From positions 1,842 through 65,841 of the forward strand of contig JAMOAW010000006.1 of NCBI GenBank assembly GCA_039908535.1: a stretch of DNA of 64,000 nt. Reading direction: 5' to 3'. Positions 26,389-34,690 of this stretch are shown piece by piece. Under the pieces are notes generated by a model, which was not told the DNA's origin, made no database searches, and was given only the letters and a program-made list of their open reading frames with translations. Position numbers and translations under genes: made by a program. This DNA comes from Magnetococcus sp. DMHC-6. GTDB taxonomy: Bacteria > Pseudomonadota > Magnetococcia > Magnetococcales > JADFZT01. Numbering within the stretch: position 1 is the stretch's first letter; every line of letters begins with the position of its first letter.

Positions 26389-28689
26389 ATGTTTAGGCTG
26401 CTCCGTTATTATTCCATCACCAGTTTTATCGCCACCGGGTTGATTGCCCTCTCATTGGTTTTTTTCTTTGGCTATCTGGTTCGGCACTCATTGCTCCATT
26501 TAGGCGAAAAACAAAATGTAGCGATGACGCGGGCATTCAGCAATGCTTTATGGCCTATATTAGAGGGATTATTAGACCCAGAATTGGGCTCTATCGACCG
26601 CCGCTCCTTAGGAGTACACCCTTTAATTCCTATTTTGGATCGCCAATTGCGTCTGATTATGGAAAACTTGGAGGTGATGGAGATAAAAATTTATTCCCCC
26701 CAGGGCATGACAGTTTACGCCACCCATTTAAATCAAATCGGTCAAAAACACAGTGGAAATTCCGCTTTTAAACGGGCCGTGCAGGGAGAAGTCGTAAGTT
26801 CCATGGCCCTTCGGCCTGATGTCTCCTCTTTGGAGGGGGTGATCGAAGATCGCCATTTGATCGAAAGTCTTGTTCCCTTGAATCGAGGGGGAAAAATTCT
26901 TGGGGTATTTGAACTGTACTACGACATCTCAACGGTGTTGGATCACATCAGCTCCGCTCAAACTCGAATGGTGGCAGGGGTGGGAGGACTTTTTTTAATC
27001 CTCTATTTTACCTTATTTGGCCTCGTTCGGCGCGCAGATCGGATTATTGCCCAACAAAATGGACAACTACAAGAGTATTTAGCTCAAATCACTGAGATCA
27101 ATGCCTCGTTGGAACAACGCGTAGAGGATCGGACCGAAACCCTCAATATTACCAATCAGGTCCTCAAAGAGGAAATCATTGAGCGACAAATTGCCGAGGC
27201 AGAGTTGACCAAACTGTCCAGAGCTGTCGAGCAAAGCCCGGCCTCAGTCTTGATCACCGATACTGAAGGACGAATTGAATATGTCAATCCCACCTTTCAA
27301 CGGGTGAGCGGATACTCTTTGGAAGAGGTCGTTGGCAAAAATCCCAAGATTTTAAAATCAGGAAAAGTAGCGGCTCAAGATTATGAACAATTATGGACCT
27401 CCATCCAAAATGGCCATGAGTGGCGCGGAGAGTTGCTCAACCGCAAAAAAAATGGCGAACTTTTTTGGGAGTTGGCCTCTATCTCCCCCATTCGCAACCG
27501 TCTCGGTCGCATTACCCATTTTGTAGCGGTCAAAGAGGATATTACCAATCGCAAACAGGCCGAAGAGCGTTTACAACGCAGTGAGGCACGTTTGCGTAGT
27601 ATTATGGATAACGTGATGGAAGGCATTTTATCGATTCAAAAAGAGGGCTCCATCGAATCGGTCAATCCCTCTATGCAGCGCATATTTGGATATACCGATG
27701 CCGAAATGGTGGGTGCCCATGTGGGACAATTTTTAGGAGAACCATTTATTTATATACAAAAAAATCGGATGGCGCGCTATCTTTCGTTTCACGCCCGCAA
27801 GCGCAGTTTTATCGATACAGAAATTCGTGCCGATCGCAAAGATGGCAGCAAAGTTCCTCTGGAGGTGACGTTAATTGATGTACAATCCCCCAGTGGCATT
27901 CACTATATCGCCACCATTCGAGATATCAGTGAACGTAAAAAAGCCGAAAAAGAGCTGGAAGAGGCCCGCAGAAGTTATTACCATCAAGAAAAAATGGCCT
28001 CTATTGGAACCCTTGCCGCTGGGATTGTCCATGAAATTGGCAATCCAATCACAGCCATTTCCGGTTTAATTGAAGCCTTGCGCGACTCTTTGGACAATTT
28101 AGGTACCGAAGATGCCTCTTTATTAAACATGATTGATGAACAGGTTCGACGTCTGACCAGCCTGATTCGCGATGTGCGGGAGTTTTCTATGCCCCAATCC
28201 GATGAGATGGACCTCCTGGTCATCAACGATCTGGTGGGGGCCTGCGTTCGTTTAATGCGTTTTGACAAACGGACCCGCAACATTAATATTCTCTTGCAAC
28301 TTGGACAAAAAATTCCGGCCATTTCAGGCTCTGGCAATCAATTACGGCAGGTGATCATTAATTTATTGATCAATGCTTCCGACGCCTTAGAGGGAATTGA
28401 AGGACGCAAACCAGAAGTGGTATTGGCAACCCAAGTGCTGGATGGTAAATTACTCTTGACGGTCACCGATAATGGCATTGGTATGGATCCCAAAACACGG
28501 GATCAAGCTTTTGATGCCTTTTTTACCACAAAGCCAGTCGGCAAAGGAACTGGTCTTGGACTTTCCCTTTGTTATTCAATAATTGCCAAGCATGGGGGCA
28601 CAATGGAAATTGAATCTGAACTGGGTAAAGGAACAACATTAAAAATACTTCTTCCCATTTTAGAACTAAAAGAGAGCCATGAGGCATAA
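26389..28689 (+). CDS. Sensor histidine kinase (2 TM + extracytoplasmic domain, 2 PAS, HisKA, HATPase_c)
   Basis: PAS motifs are present (ITDTEGRIEYVNPTFQRVSGYS; SIESVNPSMQRIFGYT). The H-box is GIVHEIGNPITAI. The N/G boxes are LINASDAL and GTGLGLSL. Confidence 0.85.
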   Translation: MFRLLRYYSITSFIATGLIALSLVFFFGYLVRHSLLHLGEKQNVAMTRAFSNALWPILEGLLDPELGSIDRRSLGVHPLIPILDRQLRLIMENLEVMEIKIYSPQGMTVYATHLNQIGQKHSGNSAFKRAVQGEVVSSMALRPDVSSLEGVIEDRHLIESLVPLNRGGKILGVFELYYDISTVLDHISSAQTRMVAGVGGLFLILYFTLFGLVRRADRIIAQQNGQLQEYLAQITEINASLEQRVEDRTETLNITNQVLKEEIIERQIAEAELTKLSRAVEQSPASVLITDTEGRIEYVNPTFQRVSGYSLEEVVGKNPKILKSGKVAAQDYEQLWTSIQNGHEWRGELLNRKKNGELFWELASISPIRNRLGRITHFVAVKEDITNRKQAEERLQRSEARLRSIMDNVMEGILSIQKEGSIESVNPSMQRIFGYTDAEMVGAHVGQFLGEPFIYIQKNRMARYLSFHARKRSFIDTEIRADRKDGSKVPLEVTLIDVQSPSGIHYIATIRDISERKKAEKELEEARRSYYHQEKMASIGTLAAGIVHEIGNPITAISGLIEALRDSLDNLGTEDASLLNMIDEQVRRLTSLIRDVREFSMPQSDEMDLLVINDLVGACVRLMRFDKRTRNINILLQLGQKIPAISGSGNQLRQVIINLLINASDALEGIEGRKPEVVLATQVLDGKLLLTVTDNGIGMDPKTRDQAFDAFFTTKPVGKGTGLGLSLCYSIIAKHGGTMEIESELGKGTTLKILLPILELKESHEA

Positions 28690-28691
28690 CC

Positions 28692-30104
28692 ATGGGTAGA
28701 TCCTTACATATTTTGGTGATCGACGATGAACCGGCCATTCGACAAATTGTCGTCACAACTCTGAAAAAGAATGATTATTCCGTCGAATCAATTGGTAGCG
28801 GCGCAGAGGCTTTGGTGCGTTTGGAAAATGGCGATGTGGACGTCGCGATCTGTGACATCAACATGCCCGGCATGGATGGCATTGAGGTGGTCCGTCAGGC
28901 ACGAGAAATGAAAATAGAAACGGTATTTTTAATGATGACCGCCTTCGCTTCTATTGAAACCGCTGTCAAAGCCATGCGATCAGGGGCCTATGATTATTTA
29001 ATCAAACCATTGCGCAAAGAGGATCTCTTGCTCCGCTTGGAACAAATCGGCAACATGATCGGTCTACAAGATCAAAATCGCGCCTTGCGCAATTTGGTTC
29101 AGGCTGGCGAGCGGCGGCGTTGTCGATTGGTTTCCCCAGGAATGATGGAGGTAGACCGTTTGATTCGCAAGGTGGCTCCAACCGAGTATACCGTTTTAAT
29201 CTCTGGCGAGAGCGGCACCGGAAAGGGAATTTTAGCACGACAAATGCATGAAAAAAGTCGGCGCAGCGGGGCTCTTTTTATTCCAGTCAACTGTGGCTCC
29301 ATTCCTGAAAATCTTTTAGAAAGCGAATTTTTTGGCCATACCAAAGGGGCTTTCACTGGAGCCGATCGGGCTAAAAAAGGGTTGTTCCTAGAGGCCGACA
29401 ATGGCACCCTTTTTTTGGACGAAATTGGTGAATTACCATTGCATTTGCAAGTAAAATTGTTGCATGTTCTAGAAGAAAAACAAATTCGTCCTGTGGGCAG
29501 TGAACAATTTCGCAAGGTGGATGTGCGTATTGTCGCCGCGACCAATCGAGATCTTCAACACATGGTTACCGAGGGAACCTTTCGAGAAGATCTGTTTTTT
29601 AGGTTGAATATATTCAGTATTCATATTCCACCTTTACGCAGCCGAAAAGAGGATATCCCCTTGTTGGTGCAGTTTTTTTTAGATCGAAATCGTGATCGAG
29701 GCGATGATCAAAACATTTATCTGGATAGCGATGCCGAGGCAGCCTTAAAATCATATACTTGGCCAGGAAATGTTCGCGAGTTAGAAAATGTCATTGAAAG
29801 ATCTTTAATCTTAGCCGAAAATGGGGTTATCTCTCTGGAGGATTTACCGAAACATGTCGCGGCTGCCTTCACCATAAATGAATCCAATGCCGAGGGAGAA
29901 TTGCCCCCTGGCTCTGGTGGTTCATATGAGGTAACCGGTGGAAAATTGCGTGATCAATTGCGCGATTTTGAAATACGCGTCATCCAAGAAACCATTGAGC
30001 GTGCCAATGGAGACCGAAAACTGGCTGCTCGTCAATTGGGAATTGGTTTATCCAGTCTCTATCGCAAACTGGAATCAGCCGAAGTCCCCAATATGTTTTG
30101 TTAA
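28692..30104 (+). CDS. Sigma-54-dependent response regulator (NtrC family: REC-AAA+-Fis HTH)
   Basis: The receiver domain carries DINMPGMDG. Walker A is GESGTGKG and the GAFTGA loop is present. ESEFFGHTKGAFTGA is also seen. The C-terminal HTH is AARQLGIGLSSLYRKL. Confidence 0.9.
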   Translation: MGRSLHILVIDDEPAIRQIVVTTLKKNDYSVESIGSGAEALVRLENGDVDVAICDINMPGMDGIEVVRQAREMKIETVFLMMTAFASIETAVKAMRSGAYDYLIKPLRKEDLLLRLEQIGNMIGLQDQNRALRNLVQAGERRRCRLVSPGMMEVDRLIRKVAPTEYTVLISGESGTGKGILARQMHEKSRRSGALFIPVNCGSIPENLLESEFFGHTKGAFTGADRAKKGLFLEADNGTLFLDEIGELPLHLQVKLLHVLEEKQIRPVGSEQFRKVDVRIVAATNRDLQHMVTEGTFREDLFFRLNIFSIHIPPLRSRKEDIPLLVQFFLDRNRDRGDDQNIYLDSDAEAALKSYTWPGNVRELENVIERSLILAENGVISLEDLPKHVAAAFTINESNAEGELPPGSGGSYEVTGGKLRDQLRDFEIRVIQETIERANGDRKLAARQLGIGLSSLYRKLESAEVPNMFC

Positions 30105-30203
30105 AAGAAAAAATTTTGCGATACGCAAAAAACTTTTTCTGATCATCCGTTTAGAAAAACAATGGTATCTTTTTATTGGTTTAATATAGTCTTAGGAGCG
30201 AAA

Positions 30204-30857
30204 ATGAAAATGAAAATGGATTCCTGGAAAAAGGGTTTGGTATTTTTTTTCAGTACCTCTTTGTTGGTATTGGTGACAACAAAATCAATTTTAGCGCAAT
30301 CCATCACTCCAGAGGAGCATTATAAAAAGGGCATGGAAGCCTATCAGACAACCGATATGGCAGGAGCGACACAAGAGTTTCGTTTGGCTGCTGAAGCAAA
30401 TTATGGACCGGGGATGCTGATGTATGCCGATCTCCTGGACCGAGCCGAAGATGACGCTTTGGCGGTTGAATGGTATAAAAAAGCTTTAGCCAATAAGGTT
30501 CCTGGAGCGGGTCTGGGCTTGGGGCGCATGATGTGTGACGGCGAAGGGGTTGCAAAACCAGATTGCGCCGAAGGGATCCGTTTGGTGACCGATTCGGCGC
30601 AGTCTGGTCATCTTCCCGCCATGATGCTCCTGGCGCGCATCTACCGCAACGGCGAAATGGAGGTAAAACCAGATCCTGCCATCTCCTTGGAATGGTTGAC
30701 CAAGGCGGCCGAAGGGGGCTACCAATCCGCCATGACTGAGCTTGCCCATGTCTATAAAGATGGCCTATTGGGTGTGGCACCAAACCCAAAAGAGGCGCAA
30801 CGCTGGAAAGAGGCCGCCGATAAAATTAAAACGAAATTAAAGGAAGCCACCCGTTGA
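30204..30857 (+). CDS. Secreted Sel1-repeat (TPR-like) protein
   Basis: AGGAG precedes ATG 30204 and a signal peptide follows. Repeated Sel1 units are present (AVEWYKKALANKVPGAGLGLGRMM; SLEWLTKAAEGGYQSAMTELAHVY; AQRWKEAA). Confidence 0.8.
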   Translation: MKMKMDSWKKGLVFFFSTSLLVLVTTKSILAQSITPEEHYKKGMEAYQTTDMAGATQEFRLAAEANYGPGMLMYADLLDRAEDDALAVEWYKKALANKVPGAGLGLGRMMCDGEGVAKPDCAEGIRLVTDSAQSGHLPAMMLLARIYRNGEMEVKPDPAISLEWLTKAAEGGYQSAMTELAHVYKDGLLGVAPNPKEAQRWKEAADKIKTKLKEATR

Positions 30858-31213
30858 GAATTTCAATTTGGGCTTTTTTAATCTCTCTAGCTATTTTTTG
30901 GGTTGGCTCTGGAATTTTTATTCCTCCAGCTTGGAGCCAGTCCACGACAAAAGAGATTGGGCCTGGTTTAAAAACGGGTAAACAAAACTATGCGCAATAT
31001 TGTGCCAGATGCCATGGTGCGACTGGACGCGGAAGCATGGCCGGTGTCCCAGATTTAAGTTGGCGCGGCGGAAAAGCCAATGGATTGGGTCAATTTGAAG
31101 AACACCTGCAAAACCGCATTTTGGCGGGTGGCAAGCTTTGTCCAGCCTATCAGGGTATTTTGACCAGTGATGAAGTTCGGGATGTTATACACTTTTTGAG
31201 AATGCTGCCATAA
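30854..31213 (+). CDS. Monoheme class I cytochrome c, secreted
   Basis: The TTG start overlaps the Sel1 stop. A signal peptide is present. There is a single CARCH motif, with a distal Met candidate in the C-terminal region. Confidence 0.7.
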   Translation: MRISIWAFLISLAIFWVGSGIFIPPAWSQSTTKEIGPGLKTGKQNYAQYCARCHGATGRGSMAGVPDLSWRGGKANGLGQFEEHLQNRILAGGKLCPAYQGILTSDEVRDVIHFLRMLP

Positions 31214-32340
31214 TGATCAAAAACTTGCTTCCTCTCCTTGTTCCGGCTTTGCTGGTGGCCTGTTCGGACCAAACGGATTCCACGGCCACCGCAGCACAGG
31301 AAAAACCACACGTTCAGCTCTCCACGACGAAAGCTTCTGCTCTGCCTATCTATCGTATGGTGGACTCCTTTGAGGTAGGTGAGAACGTTTATGTGCGTTC
31401 TCTCAAAGCCGAACCCAGTCAAAATGCCATGTGGGTGGGAACCAGTGTCGGCGTCTTGGAAGTGGACATGAAATCTCTTTTACCCAAGCAAACCTTTACG
31501 AGAGAGAGTGGTTTGGCCAACGAGTATGTCTTTGCCATAGGTATTGATCAAAAAGGTGCCAAATGGTTTGGCACCAATGCGGGGGGTATGTCACGCTACC
31601 AGGATGGTCAGTGGCGCACCTATTTTCCCATGCACGGCCTGGCCGATTATTGGGTCTACTCGTTTGCCAATCATCCCGATGGTGGTTTATGGATCGGCAC
31701 CTGGGCTGGGGCCAATCGTCTGGATTTAAAGACAGGCGAATTTACCACCTATGTCAAGGAGTTGATCAACGAATGGGTCTATGCCATTCAAATAGATTCC
31801 AAAGGTTACGTTTGGTTTGGAACCGAAGGAGGAATCTCCCTCTTTGATGGCCAAACATGGAAATCCTGGACCCATACCGATGGCTTAGGTGCCCTGAATG
31901 GCAATCAACTGCCGGTCAGCACCAATACTGGACTCGGCACCCGCAAACGACATGATTTGGGGGTTTTAAACGATGGTAGCCCGACCTATAATCCAAATTA
32001 TGTCTTTTCAATTGTGGTGGACCCAGAGGATATCATTTGGGCTGGCACATGGGGAGGGGGCGTGAGCCGTTTTGATGGAAAAAATTGGACCAGCTATACA
32101 ACCGCACAGGGATTACCCGGAAACATTATATACAGCATGATTCGCGATTCCCAAGGTGTTCTTTGGGTCGGGACCGAAAACGGCATCGGTCATTTTCGCG
32201 ATGGTCGATGGGAGGCCTTTGCAGACAATTATCGTTTGATTGGTGAAAATGTGTATACCTTGGCAGAGTCCTCCTCAGGAGAAATTTGGGCAGGAACGCG
32301 GGGCAAAGTGATTCGTATCAGTTCGGCGGCGACGCCGTAA
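31213..32340 (+). CDS. Lipoprotein with 7-bladed two-component-regulator-propeller (Reg_prop-like) domain
   Basis: The ATG overlaps the preceding TAA. The lipobox is LLVAC. There are seven repeats of the W(V/F/I)GT..GG(h)..(F/Y/L) type (MWVGTSVGV, KWFGTNAGGM, LWIGTWAGAN, VWFGTEGGIS, IWAGTWGGGV, LWVGTENGIG, IWAGTRGKV). Confidence 0.7.
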   Translation: MIKNLLPLLVPALLVACSDQTDSTATAAQEKPHVQLSTTKASALPIYRMVDSFEVGENVYVRSLKAEPSQNAMWVGTSVGVLEVDMKSLLPKQTFTRESGLANEYVFAIGIDQKGAKWFGTNAGGMSRYQDGQWRTYFPMHGLADYWVYSFANHPDGGLWIGTWAGANRLDLKTGEFTTYVKELINEWVYAIQIDSKGYVWFGTEGGISLFDGQTWKSWTHTDGLGALNGNQLPVSTNTGLGTRKRHDLGVLNDGSPTYNPNYVFSIVVDPEDIIWAGTWGGGVSRFDGKNWTSYTTAQGLPGNIIYSMIRDSQGVLWVGTENGIGHFRDGRWEAFADNYRLIGENVYTLAESSSGEIWAGTRGKVIRISSAATP

Positions 32341-32353
32341 AAAGGAGAGTGAT

Positions 32354-34102
32354 GTGACCAGCCAGACCAAAATGTATCTTTTGACCGCCGCCGCCATTGT
32401 TTTGGTGGTTGGACTTGTCGTTGGAGCTTATTTTATCGGAGTAAAAAAGGGTTCTGTTCCCATATCTGATTCCAATACCAACAACCCACCCACGGCGCGC
32501 TCTACGCAACCGATTCCCAATGCAGCTCCCCCTCCACCTCAGAGTGCTGGGGGGTCTGAACTTAGACAGGTTGGCAAAATTCCACCTGGAGCCGTTGCCC
32601 CAGCCAATCATCCCCCCATTCCAACGGGACCGCAACGCGACTCAATATCGACCGAGGGCGTCTCGGCCGATAAACCGCGGGCGGGCGTCAAGTTTGTCCA
32701 TTTTCGGGTGGGCAACCGCAATGTCAAAGATATGCTAGCCGATGGTCGATATGTATGGGTTGGCACCTCTGGTGGGGTAATTCGCTACGATACCCAAAGC
32801 GATGATTATAAATTATTTGATGTCCGCAACGGCAGCCTTCTCGCCAATGGGGTGTTTCATGTGGGCCGTTTGGGCCAAGATAAAATTTCGGTTGGAACCT
32901 ATGGCGGCGGCTGGTCAATCTATGATCAAACCGCAGACAAATGGAGCTCTTTCAACATTCCAGATGGTTTGGCAGATGCCTTTGTCTATGATGTCCTTGA
33001 GTTGAAAAATGGGGATGTTTGGGTGGCAACTTGGTCGGGTGCCAACCGAATTCGCGGTGGACAGATGAAAGATCGCAGCAAATGGGATACCTTTACCGTT
33101 GAAAACACCCAAGGTGGTTTACCCAATAACTGGGTTTATGGCTTGGCAGAGGGAAAAAATGGAGAAGTCTGGCTGGCCACCGAAGGGGGCTTGGCCCGTT
33201 TTAAAGAGGATAAATGGCAACATTGGAACCACGACGATGGTTTGGGTATGACCTATGAAAAGGTCAAAGAGCAAAACCAATTCATGAACGATCCCGGCTT
33301 GAGTTCCAGCCACCACGCCCGCCAAAAAGAGGAGCAAGGGTTGTCCAAGGTGACCACCGCCTACAACCCCAATTATATCATCTCATTACAAGTCGATCCC
33401 CAGGGCAATGTTTGGTGTGGCACCTGGGGGGGGGGATTGGCGCGCTTTGATGGGCAAAAGTGGGTCAATTTTAGTATGAGTGACGGGCTGCCTTCGAATT
33501 ATATTTTTATGCTGCATCAAGATCAACAACATCGCCTCTGGCTGGGCACCTCCAAGGGATTGGCCCGCATGGATGGCGCGCAGTTTAAAGTTTTAACCAC
33601 CCAAGACGGACTCTTTTCCAATAATGTCTTTTCCATGTCTTTTGCCGAAGATGGCAGCATGTGGGTGGGAAGCTATGGCGGGGTAGCGCGGATTTTTCCA
33701 GAAACAAAAACCGAAACAGGAACTTCTCCAGCGGCTCCTAGCACACCAACAGAGGCCGCGCCTGTAACTACTCCTAGCGCACCAACAGAGGCCGCAGCAC
33801 CGGCAGAAAGCGCACCAACAGAGGCCGCGCCTGTAACTACTCCTAGCGCACCAACAGAGGCTGCAGCACCGGCAGAAAGCGCACCAACAGAGGCCGCGCC
33901 TGTAACTACTCCTAGCGCACTAACAGAGGCTGCGCCTGTAACTACTCCTAGCGCACCAACAGAGGCTGCAGCACCGATGGCAAGCACACCAACAGAGGCT
34001 GCAGCACCGACGGCAAGCACACCAACAGAGGCTGCAGCACCGACGGCAAGCACACCAACAGAGGCCGCGCCAGTGGATGGCACACCAACCAAAGAGAACT
34101 AA
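32354..34102 (+). CDS. Membrane-anchored 7-bladed Reg_prop-like propeller protein with Pro/Thr/Ala-rich repeat tail
   Basis: GTG start after AGGAG. An N-terminal TM helix and a Pro-rich linker are present. There are seven WVGT-type blades (VWVGTSGGV ... MWVGSYGGV). The C-terminus has about 11 PTEAA-containing repeats. Confidence 0.7.
   Translation: MTSQTKMYLLTAAAIVLVVGLVVGAYFIGVKKGSVPISDSNTNNPPTARSTQPIPNAAPPPPQSAGGSELRQVGKIPPGAVAPANHPPIPTGPQRDSISTEGVSADKPRAGVKFVHFRVGNRNVKDMLADGRYVWVGTSGGVIRYDTQSDDYKLFDVRNGSLLANGVFHVGRLGQDKISVGTYGGGWSIYDQTADKWSSFNIPDGLADAFVYDVLELKNGDVWVATWSGANRIRGGQMKDRSKWDTFTVENTQGGLPNNWVYGLAEGKNGEVWLATEGGLARFKEDKWQHWNHDDGLGMTYEKVKEQNQFMNDPGLSSSHHARQKEEQGLSKVTTAYNPNYIISLQVDPQGNVWCGTWGGGLARFDGQKWVNFSMSDGLPSNYIFMLHQDQQHRLWLGTSKGLARMDGAQFKVLTTQDGLFSNNVFSMSFAEDGSMWVGSYGGVARIFPETKTETGTSPAAPSTPTEAAPVTTPSAPTEAAAPAESAPTEAAPVTTPSAPTEAAAPAESAPTEAAPVTTPSALTEAAPVTTPSAPTEAAAPMASTPTEAAAPTASTPTEAAAPTASTPTEAAPVDGTPTKEN
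33727..34075 (+). repeat. In-frame tandem repeats (about 33/36-bp subunits) encoding PTEAAPVTTPSA / PTEAAAPAESA / PTEAAAPTAST units
   Basis: The repeated DNA units are gcaccaacagaggccgcgcctgtaactactcctagc and gcaccaacagaggc[ct]gcagcaccg[gr]c[ag]ga[a]agc. They produce a spurious antisense ORF at 33673-34092. Confidence 0.85.
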
Positions 34103-34119
34103 ATAGACCTTATAAATTA

Positions 34120-34190
34120 AGACGTTGGGGGGCGGATCTTCTCTGCAACAACCGGACGCCCCCCGACTCCCCTACTTTTTTTGGCTCTTC
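34120..34190 (+). repeat. Degenerate family-1-like hairpin remnant downstream of 32354-34102
   Basis: The sequence gacGTTGGGGGGCGg...cCGCCCCCCGACtcccctactttttttgg has the same G6/C6 arms but a longer, unrelated loop. It may act as a terminator. Confidence 0.35.
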
Positions 34191-34488
34191 CGTTTTTTGC
34201 GTACTTGGGGGAATGACAGAGGGGGAATGGAGGCACGCGATGACTACCCAATCAATGCCAACGTGGCATCATGAAGAGTCATTATTTTCAGTTTAAAAAA
34301 CTCCATCTCAATGTAACCATACGCCTTCCTTTGCATCAATCCAAGACACAGTTTTTTTGCGATTTTTTAAAAAATCGCATGCTCATGAGAGATCTGCCTG
34401 ATATGGCTAGTTTTGACCATCCAGTGATAGTGCCTGACATGTTCAGAATGTAACTATTCACCACCCCCTCGGAAATATCCGAATGAGC

Positions 34489-34645
34489 ACATAATGCCCT
34501 CCGGGCAAAAAAAAAAATCAAAGGCCAAACCCTGGGGGATGAATCCCCCAGACCCCCTCTTTTTTTTAAGTATCAAAAAAAAGGGTGGGGGGATTGGGGG
34601 GCGGTTCTGTGCCCCCCAAGGTCTTGATTTATGTTTTTCTGATAC
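34489..34645 (-). repeat. Family-1 palindromic element, full copy in reverse orientation (E)
   Basis: Its reverse complement reads ggtatcagaaaaacataaatcaagaccttggggggcacagaaccgcccccc...gggtctgggggattcatcccccagggtttggcctttgattttttt...gcccggagggcattatgtg. Confidence 0.9.
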
Positions 34646-34690
34646 CTATAGGTTAAAATCGCCAAAACACTTTTCGACCATAGAAAGTTC

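Noticed and set aside
30150-30185. Sigma-54 promoter upstream of the Sel1/cytochrome/propeller operon (tggtatctttttattgg)
   Set aside because: It has the GG, but the -12 position reads TATT rather than TTGC/GC. That is too weak to call by eye, so a PWM scan is needed.
33673-34092. 139-aa antisense ORF (GAASVGVL repeats)
   Set aside because: It is a reverse-frame artefact of the PTEAA tandem repeats at the 3' end of 32354-34102.
34271-34453. 60-aa ORF in the 34.1-34.7 kb intergenic region
   Set aside because: It has no RBS and no recognisable features, and it lies between repeat remnants. It is probably non-coding.
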